NCBI GenBank assembly: GCA_035637315.1
Contig: DASPXK010000303.1
Location: forward strand, 10,201 to 74,200
DNA from: Chloroflexota bacterium
GTDB lineage: Bacteria; Chloroflexota; UBA6077; JACCZL01
DNA length: 64,000 nucleotides
Reading direction: 5' to 3'
The notes under the pieces were generated by a model. The model was given only the letters and a program-made list of their open reading frames with translations, ran no database searches and was not told where the DNA came from. How positions within the stretch are numbered: position 1 is the stretch's first letter; each line of letters begins with the position of its first letter. Shown here in pieces: positions 45,335 to 54,950 of the stretch. The translations under genes were made by a program, and so were the position numbers.

Positions 45335-45403
45335 GAATGAAGAATGAAAAACGAAGAATGAAGAATGCGGGACCTGAGTCCTTCATTCTTCGTTCTTCAT
45401 TTC
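45335..45403. repeat. palindromic heptamer array (GAATGAA x5, loop, CTTCATT/CTTCGTT x3)
   Basis: Direct reading of sequence; the right arm encodes the last codons and TGA of gatB, and the left arm ends 10 nt before the next gene start. Confidence 0.85.
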
Positions 45404-46849
45404 TTGTCGGAGCAGCTCGGTCGCCAGGGCCGGATTGGCGCGCCCTCGGGTGGCCTTCATCACCTCGCCCACCAGCCTGCCGAGGGCAGCAGTCTTGCCC
45501 GCCCGGTAGTCGGCCACCGGCTGGGGATTGGCCTCGATCACCTCCTCCACCACGCCCCTGAGGGCATCCGCGTCGCTTACCTGAGTCAGTCCGCCAGACT
45601 CGACGATCGCCGTGGGTGACCGTCCCGTCTGGTACATCGCCTCGAAGACCTGCTTGGCCGTGTTGCCGCTCACGGTCCCGGCGTCGATCAGCCCCAGTAG
45701 CTCCGCCAGGTGCTCCGCCGCCGGCAGCCGGCCCACGCCCTCCTCGTCGCCCGTCTCTTTCTGGAGGCGAAACAGCTCGGTCTGAACCCAATTCCCGACC
45801 TTCTTTGGGTCTGGATAGAGCTGGACCGTTCGCTCAAAGAAGTCCGCCACGTCCTTCGACACGGTGAGCTGGGAGGCCAGGTAACGGCTCAGCCCGTACT
45901 GCGAGACGAAACGGTCCCGGCGGGCATCCGGCAGCTCAGGCAGCCGGGCTTTGATCTCGGCTACCCATTCGCGCGACACGAAGACTGGCGGCAAGTCCGG
46001 CTCCGGGAAATAGCGGTAATCGTGGGCCTCCTCCTTCGAGCGCTGTGGCACCGTCACGCCTCGGTCTTCCACCCAGCCGCGCGTCTCCTGGATGACCCGA
46101 TCGCCCGCTTCCAGGGCGGCCGTCTGCCGCCCAATCTCATACTCCAGCGCCCGAAAGACCGAGCGGAACGAGTTCATATTCTTGACCTCGGTCTTGGTGC
46201 CCAACTCCTGGCTGCCCGCTGGGCGGAGTGAGATGTTCGCGTCACAGCGGAACGAGCCCTCCTCCATGTTCCCGGTCGAGACGCCCAACGTCCGCAAGAT
46301 CGCCCGCAGCTTCTGCAGATAGGCTCGTGCCTCAGCGGGCGACCGCAAGTCTGGCTTGCTGACGATCTCCATGAGCGGCACGCCAGAGCGATTGACGTCG
46401 ATCAAACTGCACGAATTTCCGTCTCGGTCCGTGGCGTGCACCAAGCGGGCCGTGTCCTCCTCCAGGTGAACGCGCTCCATGCCCACCCGCCGGACCTGCC
46501 CGTCCACCTCGACATCGATCCAGCCATCACGGGCGAACGGAAGGTCGTACTGGGAGATCTGATACCCCTTCATCAGATCCGGGTAAGGGTAGTTCTTGCG
46601 ATCGAACTTGCTGGCGGCCGGAATCTCGCAATTCAGCGCCAGTCCGGTCAGGATCGTGAGCTCGACCGCCCGGCGGTTGATGACCGGCAAGACTCCCGGC
46701 ATCCCCAGGCAGACCGGGCAGACGTCCGTGTTGGGCGGCGCGCCAGCATACGCGGCCGAGCACCCACAGAACATCTTGCTGCTCGTCAGGAGCTGAGAAT
46801 GCACCTCCAGCCCGATGACGGGCTCGTACTTAGTAGCGGAACCGACCAT
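45383..46849 (-). CDS. gatB: Asp-tRNA(Asn)/Glu-tRNA(Gln) amidotransferase subunit B
   Basis: 488 aa; canonical GatB N-terminus [22 protein letters not shown]. Confidence 0.9.
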   Translation of the reverse strand: MVGSATKYEPVIGLEVHSQLLTSSKMFCGCSAAYAGAPPNTDVCPVCLGMPGVLPVINRRAVELTILTGLALNCEIPAASKFDRKNYPYPDLMKGYQISQYDLPFARDGWIDVEVDGQVRRVGMERVHLEEDTARLVHATDRDGNSCSLIDVNRSGVPLMEIVSKPDLRSPAEARAYLQKLRAILRTLGVSTGNMEEGSFRCDANISLRPAGSQELGTKTEVKNMNSFRSVFRALEYEIGRQTAALEAGDRVIQETRGWVEDRGVTVPQRSKEEAHDYRYFPEPDLPPVFVSREWVAEIKARLPELPDARRDRFVSQYGLSRYLASQLTVSKDVADFFERTVQLYPDPKKVGNWVQTELFRLQKETGDEEGVGRLPAAEHLAELLGLIDAGTVSGNTAKQVFEAMYQTGRSPTAIVESGGLTQVSDADALRGVVEEVIEANPQPVADYRAGKTAALGRLVGEVMKATRGRANPALATELLRQEMKNEE

Positions 46850-47066
46850 TGCTCAGGCTCGGTGTATCTGGTTAGCCAAGAACACGACCAACATGGCCGG
46901 AAACACACCGGCCCATTCCTCGCGCCGCCGCTGCAAGGACATAAGTGCCCCTCCGATCCGGCGGGCGTGTCGCTTCGCGCCTGGCCCGCGCTGCGATTCC
47001 ATGGCACTCGAATGCTAGCATGCGCCTGGGTTACTTCGATCACACATCGGCTGGACTGGAGGTCGG

Positions 47067-47534
47067 GTGCGACCGCTGCGGCCGGCGGCAGTTCTACGTA
47101 TCATGGCGATGTCCGCTTTCGGCGTCGGGCTGGGGCTCTGCTTGCTGTTCGGCGGGCTGATAGTCTCACCCCAGGTCGGCCTGGCCGAGCGAGAGCAGAC
47201 AGGCCCACCGCGCCGTTCGCCTGTTCTGCCGCCGGCCGTGCCACCCGGCGTTCCAGAGGAATGGGCCCTCTGGTCCTACCTCGACAAGATCGGGCCACTC
47301 TGGGGTCGCGACTGGCCGACGGTAATCAGATTCCTCGAAGAGTTCGTCACCCGCTACCCGGCCAACCCGGTAGCGACGGAGAAGCTCTACGCCGCCTACC
47401 TCGAGGACGGCAAGCAGCTCCTCCTGAGCGGCGACCGGGCGGGCGCAGGGGAGCGCTACCAACAGGCCGGCCAGCTCGACCCCAACCGGGGCGAAGCCTG
47501 GACGCTACTCGACGAGCTGGAGGCACTGCCATAG
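47067..47534 (+). CDS. hypothetical membrane-anchored protein (N-terminal TM, helical-repeat-like C-terminus)
   Basis: GTG 47067 with TGGAGGT SD; lies antisense between gatB and gatA. Confidence 0.5.
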   Translation: MRPLRPAAVLRIMAMSAFGVGLGLCLLFGGLIVSPQVGLAEREQTGPPRRSPVLPPAVPPGVPEEWALWSYLDKIGPLWGRDWPTVIRFLEEFVTRYPANPVATEKLYAAYLEDGKQLLLSGDRAGAGERYQQAGQLDPNRGEAWTLLDELEALP

Positions 47535-47583
47535 GGGCACGGCATGCCGTGCCGTGCGAAGGGCGCAGCAAGCAGCGCCCCTA
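47532..47583. repeat. REP-like element TAGGGGCACGGCATGCCGTGCC..GGGCGCAGCAAGCAGCGCCCCTA
   Basis: Direct reading of sequence; it supplies the TAG stops of both convergent flanking genes. Confidence 0.85.
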
Positions 47584-49047
47584 CGCCGGCAGCTCGGGGC
47601 GGAGCTTTCGCCAGCCAGACACTTGCTCGTAGGCGTAGGCGACCCGCAGCACGGTCACCTCGTCGAGCGGCTTGCCGATGACCTGCAGCCCGACGGGAAG
47701 GCCATCGGATAGCCCACACGGCAGGCTCAAGCCAGGCAGGCCGGCCAGGTTGATCGGGATCGTGCACACGTCGGACAGGTACATGGCGAGCGGGTCGCCG
47801 ATCTTCTCGCCCAGCTTGAACGCGACGGTAGGGGAGACGGGGGCCACCAGCGCGTCGAACCGCTCGAAGGCGGCGTCGAAGTCCTGCTTGATCAGGGTCC
47901 GAATCTTCTGGGCCTTGAGATAGAACGCGTCGTAATAACCCGAGCTCAAGGCGTAGGTGCCCAGCATGATGCGACGCTTGACCTCGGGCCCGAAGCCTCG
48001 CCCACGCGTCTTGTAGTAACCGTCCCACATGCTCTCGGCATCCTCGGCCGAGTACCCATATTTCACGCCGTCGTAGCGGGCCAGGTTCGCGCCGCACTCG
48101 GCCGGCGCGATGATGTAGTAGGCCGACAGGCCGTAGTCGGTGTGCGGCAGCGAGACCTCGCCAAGCTCGGCCCCAAGGTCTCGAAAGACGTCGAGACTGG
48201 CTCTGACGGCCTGCTCGACGCCGGTCTCCATGCCGGCCACGAAGTACTCCTTAGGAACCCCGATCCGGAGGCCGCGCAGATCCGCGCCAAGCTGGGCTTG
48301 ATAATCGGGCACCGGAGCGGCGAGCGACGTGGAGTCGAGTGGGTCGTGGCCCGAGATGACCCGAGTCACCAGCGCGCAGTCGGCCACGTCGATGGTCAGT
48401 GGCCCGAGCTGGTCCAGCGACGAGGCGAAGGCGATCAAGCCGTAGCGGCTAACCCGGCCATAGGTGGGCTTAAGACCAACCACGCCGCACAGCGCGGCGG
48501 GCTGGCGGATCGAGCCGCCGGTGTCAGAGCCGATCGCGAAAGTGGCCAGCCGCGCGGCGACCGCCGCCGCCGAGCCGCCACTCGAGCCACCTGGCACGCG
48601 AGTCAGATCGCCCCACGGGTTCCGGGTCGGAAAGAAGCCGGAGTTCTCGGTGGACGAGCCCATCGCGAACTCGTCCATGTTGGTCTTGCCAACCAGGACC
48701 GCGCCAGCCGCGTACAGCTTTTCCGTGATCGTCGCATCCTCGATCGGCGTGAACTGTTCGAGGATTCTTGAGCTGCACGTGGTCCGGACGCCCCTGGTGA
48801 GCACCAAGTCCTTGAGCGCCATCGGGACGCCGAGCAGGGGCGCCTCATCGCCAGCCCGGCGTCGCGCGTCGGCGGCGCGAGCTTGCTGCAGCGCCAGTTC
48901 CGGTGTCACGGTCACGAACGCCTGAAGCAGGCCGCGGTCCATGCGCTCGATACGCTCGAGATACGCGCCGGTTAGCTCTTCGGAGGAGCATTCCCCGCCC
49001 CGCATTACGTCCAGGGCCTCGAGGACGCTCAGGTCAGTCAGGTCCAT
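47581..49047 (-). CDS. gatA: Glu-tRNA(Gln)/Asp-tRNA(Asn) amidotransferase subunit A
   Basis: 488 aa; amidase signature [12 protein letters not shown].. Confidence 0.9.
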   Translation of the reverse strand: MDLTDLSVLEALDVMRGGECSSEELTGAYLERIERMDRGLLQAFVTVTPELALQQARAADARRRAGDEAPLLGVPMALKDLVLTRGVRTTCSSRILEQFTPIEDATITEKLYAAGAVLVGKTNMDEFAMGSSTENSGFFPTRNPWGDLTRVPGGSSGGSAAAVAARLATFAIGSDTGGSIRQPAALCGVVGLKPTYGRVSRYGLIAFASSLDQLGPLTIDVADCALVTRVISGHDPLDSTSLAAPVPDYQAQLGADLRGLRIGVPKEYFVAGMETGVEQAVRASLDVFRDLGAELGEVSLPHTDYGLSAYYIIAPAECGANLARYDGVKYGYSAEDAESMWDGYYKTRGRGFGPEVKRRIMLGTYALSSGYYDAFYLKAQKIRTLIKQDFDAAFERFDALVAPVSPTVAFKLGEKIGDPLAMYLSDVCTIPINLAGLPGLSLPCGLSDGLPVGLQVIGKPLDEVTVLRVAYAYEQVSGWRKLRPELPA

Positions 49048-49081
49048 GGCAGCGCGGAATCGAGAGTTGGCACCGCCGGCC

Positions 49082-49369
49082 TCACTCGAGGACGGGCGGG
49101 ACCCTGATGAAGTCGCCTTCGCGGCGCGGCGCGTTCAGCAGGATGTCCTCGACAGGCGATGAGGGGCGGACCTCATCGTCTCGCATCACCGACTGCACGG
49201 GGATGACCTGCGCCGTGGGCGGGATGGCCGAGGTGTCGACCCGGTCGATCACTCGCATCGCCTCGAGGATCTGCGAGAGCTGCTGCTGAAGGCGGTCCTT
49301 CTCCTCCTCGCTCAGCCCGAGGCGCGCGAGGTGCGCTACGTGCTCGACTTGCTCACGACTGATCGCCAC
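49082..49369 (-). CDS. gatC: amidotransferase subunit C
   Basis: GTG 49369 with AGGAGG SD; [21 protein letters not shown] typical GatC. Confidence 0.85.
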   Translation of the reverse strand: MAISREQVEHVAHLARLGLSEEEKDRLQQQLSQILEAMRVIDRVDTSAIPPTAQVIPVQSVMRDDEVRPSSPVEDILLNAPRREGDFIRVPPVLE

Positions 49370-49397
49370 GGCGCCTCCTGGGGAATTGTATCGGGCT

Positions 49398-49448
49398 TTG
49401 GGCACCGCATGCCGCGCTCCCCGCGGGCACGGCATGCCGTGCCCCTAC
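49398..49448. repeat. partial REP-like element (..GGGCACGGCATGCCGTGCCCCTAC), left end degenerate
   Basis: Direct reading of sequence; provides the TAG stop of queF. Confidence 0.7.
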
Positions 49449-49807
49449 GCCTGCCCCGCCTCGTAGTTGGCTCGCACGACCGTCGTGATGCCGCCGCGAG
49501 GGTTGAACTCGCCAACAAGGCTCATCCGCCGCGGCGCGAGCGCCTCGACCAGGTCCTCGAGGATCAGGTTGGTGACGTCCTCGTGGAAGTGGCCCTCGTC
49601 GCGGAAAGACCAGAGATACAGCTTGAGCGACTTCAGCTCCACGAGCCGAGGTCCTGGCACGTACGTGATCCGATACGTCGCGAAATCGGGCTGGCCGCTG
49701 AGCGGACAGAGGCAGGTGAACTCCGGACAGGTCAGCTCGACCTCGTACTCGCGGTCGGGATGAGGGTTCGGCACGGTCTCCAGGCGCTTCGAGGGGCGGG
49801 TCGGCAT
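49445..49807 (-). CDS. queF: NADPH-dependent 7-cyano-7-deazaguanine reductase (unimodular type)
   Basis: ATG 49807; QueF motif ELKSLKLYLWSFR and Cys in ..TCLCP.. Confidence 0.85.
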   Translation of the reverse strand: MPTRPSKRLETVPNPHPDREYEVELTCPEFTCLCPLSGQPDFATYRITYVPGPRLVELKSLKLYLWSFRDEGHFHEDVTNLILEDLVEALAPRRMSLVGEFNPRGGITTVVRANYEAGQA

Positions 49808-50088
49808 CAGCCCTCGGTGGGGGGCCAGGCGGCCTCGAACCGCAAGACGTGGTTTCTGGAGCAATCGCTCAGCTTCTCGAGCGACACAGTGATCCCCAGC
49901 CGCCGGCCGTCGGCCAGGGCTAAGTGCGTAGGAAGCTCGGCACCCGGGCTCCAGCGGCGCAAGGACACAGTGCCGGTGGCTGGCTGCGCCACTTCTTGGC
50001 CGCGCGGCAAATGCACGTACGCCATCCCCTCACCGAGCGAGTGTCCAGCCGGATCGACCACCTCGACCGTCGACTTGTAGACTGCCAT
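49807..50088 (-). CDS. hypothetical small protein translationally coupled to queF (TGATG overlap)
   Basis: ATG 50088 with GGAGAG SD; 93 aa; no family recognised. Confidence 0.4.
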   Translation of the reverse strand: MAVYKSTVEVVDPAGHSLGEGMAYVHLPRGQEVAQPATGTVSLRRWSPGAELPTHLALADGRRLGITVSLEKLSDCSRNHVLRFEAAWPPTEG

Positions 50089-50198
50089 TGAGGCTCTCCA
50101 GGGCAAGTATACGCAGCGATGGCGCATCCGCGTGCCAAGGTACTCGGTACCCGCGAGTGTGGTAGGATGGTTGGACAGGAACGGCCTGAGCCAATAGC

Positions 50199-50357
50199 AT
50201 GCCGTGGATCCCGCCCCTCCCTCACCGCCCTCCCCTGCCCGACGACTATCTGGAGCTCGGGCAGGAAGAGGACCCGCGCATCTGGATCCCTGCCGCGATG
50301 GGCATGCTGCTGGTCCTCGTGCTGCTCGTGGTGGCCACCCTCCAGGGCAAGATCTAG
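50199..50357 (+). CDS. possible 52-aa single-TM peptide (MPWIPPLPHRPPLPDDYLELGQEEDPRIWIPAAMGMLLVLVLLVVATLQGKI)
   Basis: Below the ORF-track size cutoff; Pro-rich N-terminus plus one TM helix; weak SD. Confidence 0.25.
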   Translation: MPWIPPLPHRPPLPDDYLELGQEEDPRIWIPAAMGMLLVLVLLVVATLQGKI

Positions 50358-50432
50358 CCAGCCGCGCCGCTCGTCGAACACTCGTTCTGGCTATTGACGG
50401 CTTTGTGACGCTTTCGTTACGCTAGGCGCCCA

Positions 50433-51719
50433 ATGCAAGCCGTCCGTGCCGAGAGCAAAAGGCAGCTAGACGCCCGCTGGCTTCAGCACCTCTCGCTACT
50501 GAGCGCGGTCGGTTTTCTGTTGAGTTGGGCGGTGGCGACCCGTCCGCAAGCCGCCGGCCAACTCGTCGACAGCCTCAACGTCCGCTTCCTGGCGCCCCCA
50601 AGCACGCCGGCCCAAGAGTGGCTGCCCGTGCGCGTCCCGGTTCGGACTGCCATCCCTCGTGATCCGTCACCACCAAATACTGTCGGGCTCGCGGCCGCTG
50701 AGAGCGGGGGCTTCCAGTGGGTCCAGGCCCATCGCGGCACGTTCCTGCTTGCCGATCCGGAGCCTGGCGCGGCTCGTGAGATCGAGATCCCGCAATGGAG
50801 CTATCTGCGCGTCGTCGAGTCACGGCCCGGCTGGCTGCGAGTCATCTACGGCGGCGACGGCGGGGATCGACCGCCGAGCGTTGCCTGGGTTGCCGCGACC
50901 GACATTGGCGCCTCGGGCGCCCCGCCGCGCTTTGTCACCAGCACCCGCCAGACTCAGCTCTGGAATAGCGAGGGGCCGTCGGCCGCGAGTCTCGGGACGG
51001 TGCCCCGGCTTGCAACACTCGAGCTCCTGGGCGCGGAGCGAAGCGGACGCGTCGCCGTTCGGCTACTTGATTCCGACCACAGGATCGACAGACTGGCCTG
51101 GGTCGACTGGGAGGCGGTTACCGGCTCGCTCGGCCCAGCCGAGCGCGACCTTCCACTCGCTCGCCCGTTCTCGCCCTTCGCGACCGAGGTTAGGCTCGAC
51201 GTGCCCTACAGGACCCAACTCGACGGCAGCCTCTCATCCGCCTCGAACTGCGGTCCGACGGCGCTCGGCATGGCCATGGAGGCGTTCGGTATCGCCGTCG
51301 CAACACCCCAGCTCCGAGCGCTCGCCAATCGTTTCATGGGGATCTACGACCCGTGGGGCGGCACCACACTCGAATCGCTGCGCGACATTGCCGACTACTA
51401 CGGCTTGACGGGCGTGGACCTCTACGAGAACGGCCGCTACAAGCGCTGGACGCTGGAGGACCTGCGCCGCCACCTGAGGGCCGGGCAGCCGGTCATCCCC
51501 GAGCTTCGGTATCGCATGATGCCAGGCCGCGAATGGGTCTGGGTGAGCTATGATCACTACGTCGTCATTACCGGCATGGTCGGCGACGACTTCATCTACA
51601 ACGACCCGATGAACATCGACGGCCGCGGCGAGCGTGTCATCAGCGGCCAGGCGTTGCTGCGAGCCTGGATGAACAGCGACTATCCCGGGGCCGCCCTGGC
51701 GCTCGCTCGGCCGGTCTAA
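50433..51719 (+). CDS. secreted/membrane-anchored papain-like cysteine peptidase (C39-like domain) with N-terminal SH3-like region
   Basis: Signal anchor; ..VPYRTQLDGSLSSASNCGPTALGMAMEAFG.. catalytic Cys context of C39_2-type peptidases. Confidence 0.65.
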   Translation: MQAVRAESKRQLDARWLQHLSLLSAVGFLLSWAVATRPQAAGQLVDSLNVRFLAPPSTPAQEWLPVRVPVRTAIPRDPSPPNTVGLAAAESGGFQWVQAHRGTFLLADPEPGAAREIEIPQWSYLRVVESRPGWLRVIYGGDGGDRPPSVAWVAATDIGASGAPPRFVTSTRQTQLWNSEGPSAASLGTVPRLATLELLGAERSGRVAVRLLDSDHRIDRLAWVDWEAVTGSLGPAERDLPLARPFSPFATEVRLDVPYRTQLDGSLSSASNCGPTALGMAMEAFGIAVATPQLRALANRFMGIYDPWGGTTLESLRDIADYYGLTGVDLYENGRYKRWTLEDLRRHLRAGQPVIPELRYRMMPGREWVWVSYDHYVVITGMVGDDFIYNDPMNIDGRGERVISGQALLRAWMNSDYPGAALALARPV

Positions 51720-51720
51720 C

Positions 51721-51790
51721 CGAAGTCCAAAATCCAACGTCCAAGGTTGTGCGTGGCACAATGCCCCCGACTTCGGCCTTGGCCAAATCC
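51721..51790. repeat. 7-nt-unit repeat region (GAAGTCC AAAATCC AACGTCC ... partial inverted copy CGACTTCGG)
   Basis: Direct reading of sequence, immediately after the peptidase stop. Confidence 0.5.
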
Positions 51791-51889
51791 AGCAGAGTCT
51801 GGCATACCCCTTGCAGCTGGTTGTGAAACGTCACGCTCGGACCCGGGACTCTGGACGTGAACCCTGAACTCGTATGCGGAGGTGTCGCT

Positions 51890-52108
51890 ATGGAAGATGA
51901 GGCGATCGGCCTGGCGCGCCAGCTTGGCTCCGATGAGTACACCACGTGCTCCAGGTGTTCGCGTCCGGTTATGCGTCGCGAAGCTGTGGCGCTGGCCTCG
52001 GACGGGCTGCCGGAGCACCGCTCGGTCGAGGCTGAGCTGTGTCCATCCTGCCGTGACGACGTCGCCCGCGGCGAGACCGACTTGCGCGAGGGGCTCGAGG
52101 AAGAGTAG
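51890..52108 (+). CDS. small zinc-ribbon protein (CSRCS...CPSC)
   Basis: ATG 51890 with GGAGGT SD; 72 aa; two CxxC pairs. Confidence 0.55.
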   Translation: MEDEAIGLARQLGSDEYTTCSRCSRPVMRREAVALASDGLPEHRSVEAELCPSCRDDVARGETDLREGLEEE

Positions 52109-52128
52109 ACGGCCTGGCGATCTGCCGC

Positions 52129-53430
52129 CTAGGGTCGGCGTTCCGCTCGGTACGCCGCGTCCAGCACATCGGCCAGGTGGACGGCCCTGATCGGTGAGCC
52201 GCGGCGGTCCAGGACGGACCGGAGCTGAATCAGGCAGCCCGGGTTGCCGCTGACGGCCAGCTCGGCGCCGGTCGCCTCGACGTTGTCTACCTTCTGGGCG
52301 CCAAAGCGATCGGCCAGGTCGGGCTCGGTGACGTTGTAGAGGCCCGCGCTGCCGCAGCAGCGGTCGGCGTCGAGCATCTCTACCACCTCGAGACCGGGGA
52401 TCGCCCTCAACACCTGGCGGGGCTGCTCGCGGATCCTCTGGGCGTGGGCGAGGTGGCAGGCATCTTGATAGGTCACCCTTGCTCGCAGCTCCGCGCGTGG
52501 CGGGTCGAACGGGAGATCGACGAGCAGTTCGCTCAAGTCGCGCACCCTGGCCGCGAACCTGCGCGCCCGTTCGGCCCAGGCTGGATCGTGAGCCAGGAGT
52601 CCGCCGTACTTCTTCAGGACGGCCCCGCAGCCGGCGGCGTTGACGACGATAGCCTCGGCTCGGCTCAGATCGAAAGCCTCGATGTTTCGACGGGCCATGG
52701 CTCTGGCCGGCTCGCGCTCCCCGGTGTGGAGGTGAAGGGCCCCGCAACAGGTCTGGTTATCGGCCAGCGCCACCGCGCAGCCGTTGCGCGCGAGGACGCG
52801 CACGGTGGCCCGATTCGTCTCGGCGAATGCGAGCCGCATGACACAGCCGGCGAACAAGGCGACGCGCTCCCGCGGCTGTCCGCGTGGCGCCACCTCGCCG
52901 CGCGGCTCGAAGAATCGCTTCGACAGGCGGGGTAGCAGGCACTCCAGATGGTCAAGCCGGCCGGGCAGGGCGCGAAGCAATCCGCTGGCGCGTACCGCGC
53001 GCTGCAGTCCGGATCGCTGATAGAGTCGAAGCACGACCCCAAGGCTCGCCAGGCGACGGGGATGTGGGAGGAGCTGGCCAAAGACTAACCAGAGCAGCGC
53101 ACGCTCGGCGGGCGAGCCCGGGCGGCGATGGCGGATCTCGGCCCGCGTCGCCTCCATGAGCTGGCCGAACTTGACCCCGGACGGGCAGGCAGCCTCGCAA
53201 GCTCGGCAATCGAGGCAGAGCGTCATGTGGCGAACGAACGTCTCGGTCGGCTGGACGCGCCCCTCGCCAAGCGCCCGCATCAGGTGCAAGCGGCCGCGCG
53301 GCGATTCGGTCTCGACGTGCAGCTCGCGAAAGGTCGGGCAGTGCGGCATGCAGAGCCCGCAGTGGACACACCGACTGAGTTCGGCTTCCGGCGGCGCATC
53401 CGCGATGGTGAATCCAGTCGTGCCCAGCAC
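52129..53430 (-). CDS. glcF: glycolate oxidase iron-sulfur subunit / (Fe-S)-binding CCG-domain protein
   Basis: Two 4Fe-4S ferredoxin motifs (CVHCGLCMPHCP, CLDCRACEAACP) plus CCG-domain Cys patterns. Confidence 0.85.
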   Translation of the reverse strand: MLGTTGFTIADAPPEAELSRCVHCGLCMPHCPTFRELHVETESPRGRLHLMRALGEGRVQPTETFVRHMTLCLDCRACEAACPSGVKFGQLMEATRAEIRHRRPGSPAERALLWLVFGQLLPHPRRLASLGVVLRLYQRSGLQRAVRASGLLRALPGRLDHLECLLPRLSKRFFEPRGEVAPRGQPRERVALFAGCVMRLAFAETNRATVRVLARNGCAVALADNQTCCGALHLHTGEREPARAMARRNIEAFDLSRAEAIVVNAAGCGAVLKKYGGLLAHDPAWAERARRFAARVRDLSELLVDLPFDPPRAELRARVTYQDACHLAHAQRIREQPRQVLRAIPGLEVVEMLDADRCCGSAGLYNVTEPDLADRFGAQKVDNVEATGAELAVSGNPGCLIQLRSVLDRRGSPIRAVHLADVLDAAYRAERRP

Positions 53431-53432
53431 CG

Positions 53433-54926
53433 TCAGATCCAGGTGTCCGGGGCGATCGCCGAAGTGGCGAGCGGCCGAGCGGTTTCGTGTGTGTTGGGCT
53501 CACCACTGGGAAGGACCTTGCCCGGGTTGAACCGACCGCTTGGGTCGAACGCCTCACGGACGCGCGCCATTCGTTCCAGATCGGAGTCAGAGAAGATCCA
53601 GGGCATGTACTTGCGCTTTTCCAGCCCCACGCCGTGCTCCCCGGTAATCGTGCCGCCCGCGTCTACGCAGGCCCGGATGATCTGGTCGTGAGCCAGGATC
53701 ACCCTCGGAAGCACGCCCACTTGACGCGCGTCGAACAGGATTGTGGGGTGCAGGTTGCCATCTCCAGCGTGAGCTACCGTTCCCAGGAAGACGCCGTGTT
53801 CGGCGGCGATGGCTCGGAGCGTTCCCAAGACTTCGGCCAGCCGGCTGCGAGGCACCACCCCGTCGCCCAGGTAGTAGTTGGGCGCGTTCAAGGCTAGCGC
53901 GGCGAGGGCTCCCCTGCGCGCCGCCCACAGACGGTCCCGTTCGGCCGCGGCGGCCGCTTGCCGCAAGCCCAGCGCGCCCGGCGCTGACTCGCAGAGGAGG
54001 CGGACAACGGCGGCCTCCTCCTCGACGGCGTCTGGAAGGCCGTCGACGTCGATCAGCAACACGGCGCCTGCGTTGGGCGGGTACGCGGCCCTGAACGCGC
54101 GCCCGAGCGCCTCGGCAACCGCGCCGTCGATCAACTCCATCGCGGAGGGCACGACGCCGTGGGCGACGATCGCCGAAACGGCCGCCCCCGCCGCCTCCAG
54201 CGTCTCGAACACGGCCACCAAAGTGACGGCGTGGGGAGGCAGTGGCAGCAGTCGGAGCCAGGCCCTGGTGACGATGCCAAACGTGCCTTCCGACCCGACT
54301 ATCAGGCCGAGCAGATCGTAGCCGGGCGGGTCCGGCGCGGTGCCTCCGAGCTGGATGAGCTGGCCGTCGAGGGTGACCAATTCGACGCCGCGGACGTGGT
54401 TAGTGGTCATGCCTCGCGACAGACAGTGCGGTCCGCCAGCATTCTCGGCGATGTTGCCGCCAATCGTGCTCGCTTTCTGGCTCGATGGGTCTGGGGCGTA
54501 GAAGAGTCCAAGCGGCGCCACCGCGGCCGAGACGTCCAGGTTGAAGACCCCGGGCTCGACGATCGCGACCCCATTGTCCCCGTCGACTTCGAGGACGCGG
54601 TTCATTCGGTTGAAGTCGAGCATGATCCCGCCGCGGACTGGGATCACGCCGCCGCTCAGTCCGGTGGCCCCGCCACGGGCGACCACTGCCAGACCCTCAC
54701 GAGCGGCCAGTCGGACGATCTCGGCGACCTGGTCGGCGCTGGTCGGCTGGACCACCACGTCTGGCGTCGCGCGGTCCAGATACGCGTCGTATTCGTAGAC
54801 GAGCAGGTCCTCGGGCTGATCAAACACGGCAGCTGTTCCGACGATCGCCCTAAGCTCGGATACGAGGCCCAGCCCCAGACCAGGCTCTGAGACGTTCAAC
54901 TCTCCTGCCCCAATCACCCTTACCAT
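53433..54926 (-). CDS. glcD: FAD-linked oxidase, glycolate oxidase subunit GlcD-like
   Basis: FAD-binding PCMH domain (..ARGGATGLSGG..), C-terminal FAD-oxidase domain; 2 nt from glcF. Confidence 0.85.
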   Translation of the reverse strand: MVRVIGAGELNVSEPGLGLGLVSELRAIVGTAAVFDQPEDLLVYEYDAYLDRATPDVVVQPTSADQVAEIVRLAAREGLAVVARGGATGLSGGVIPVRGGIMLDFNRMNRVLEVDGDNGVAIVEPGVFNLDVSAAVAPLGLFYAPDPSSQKASTIGGNIAENAGGPHCLSRGMTTNHVRGVELVTLDGQLIQLGGTAPDPPGYDLLGLIVGSEGTFGIVTRAWLRLLPLPPHAVTLVAVFETLEAAGAAVSAIVAHGVVPSAMELIDGAVAEALGRAFRAAYPPNAGAVLLIDVDGLPDAVEEEAAVVRLLCESAPGALGLRQAAAAAERDRLWAARRGALAALALNAPNYYLGDGVVPRSRLAEVLGTLRAIAAEHGVFLGTVAHAGDGNLHPTILFDARQVGVLPRVILAHDQIIRACVDAGGTITGEHGVGLEKRKYMPWIFSDSDLERMARVREAFDPSGRFNPGKVLPSGEPNTHETARPLATSAIAPDTWI

Positions 54927-54950
54927 ATCCGAGCGCGACCAGGGCTGTCT

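Noticed and set aside
51716-52747. 343-aa Arg-rich minus-strand ORF
   Set aside because: Overlaps glcF in another frame and the SD-supported zinc-ribbon gene; composition is shadow-like
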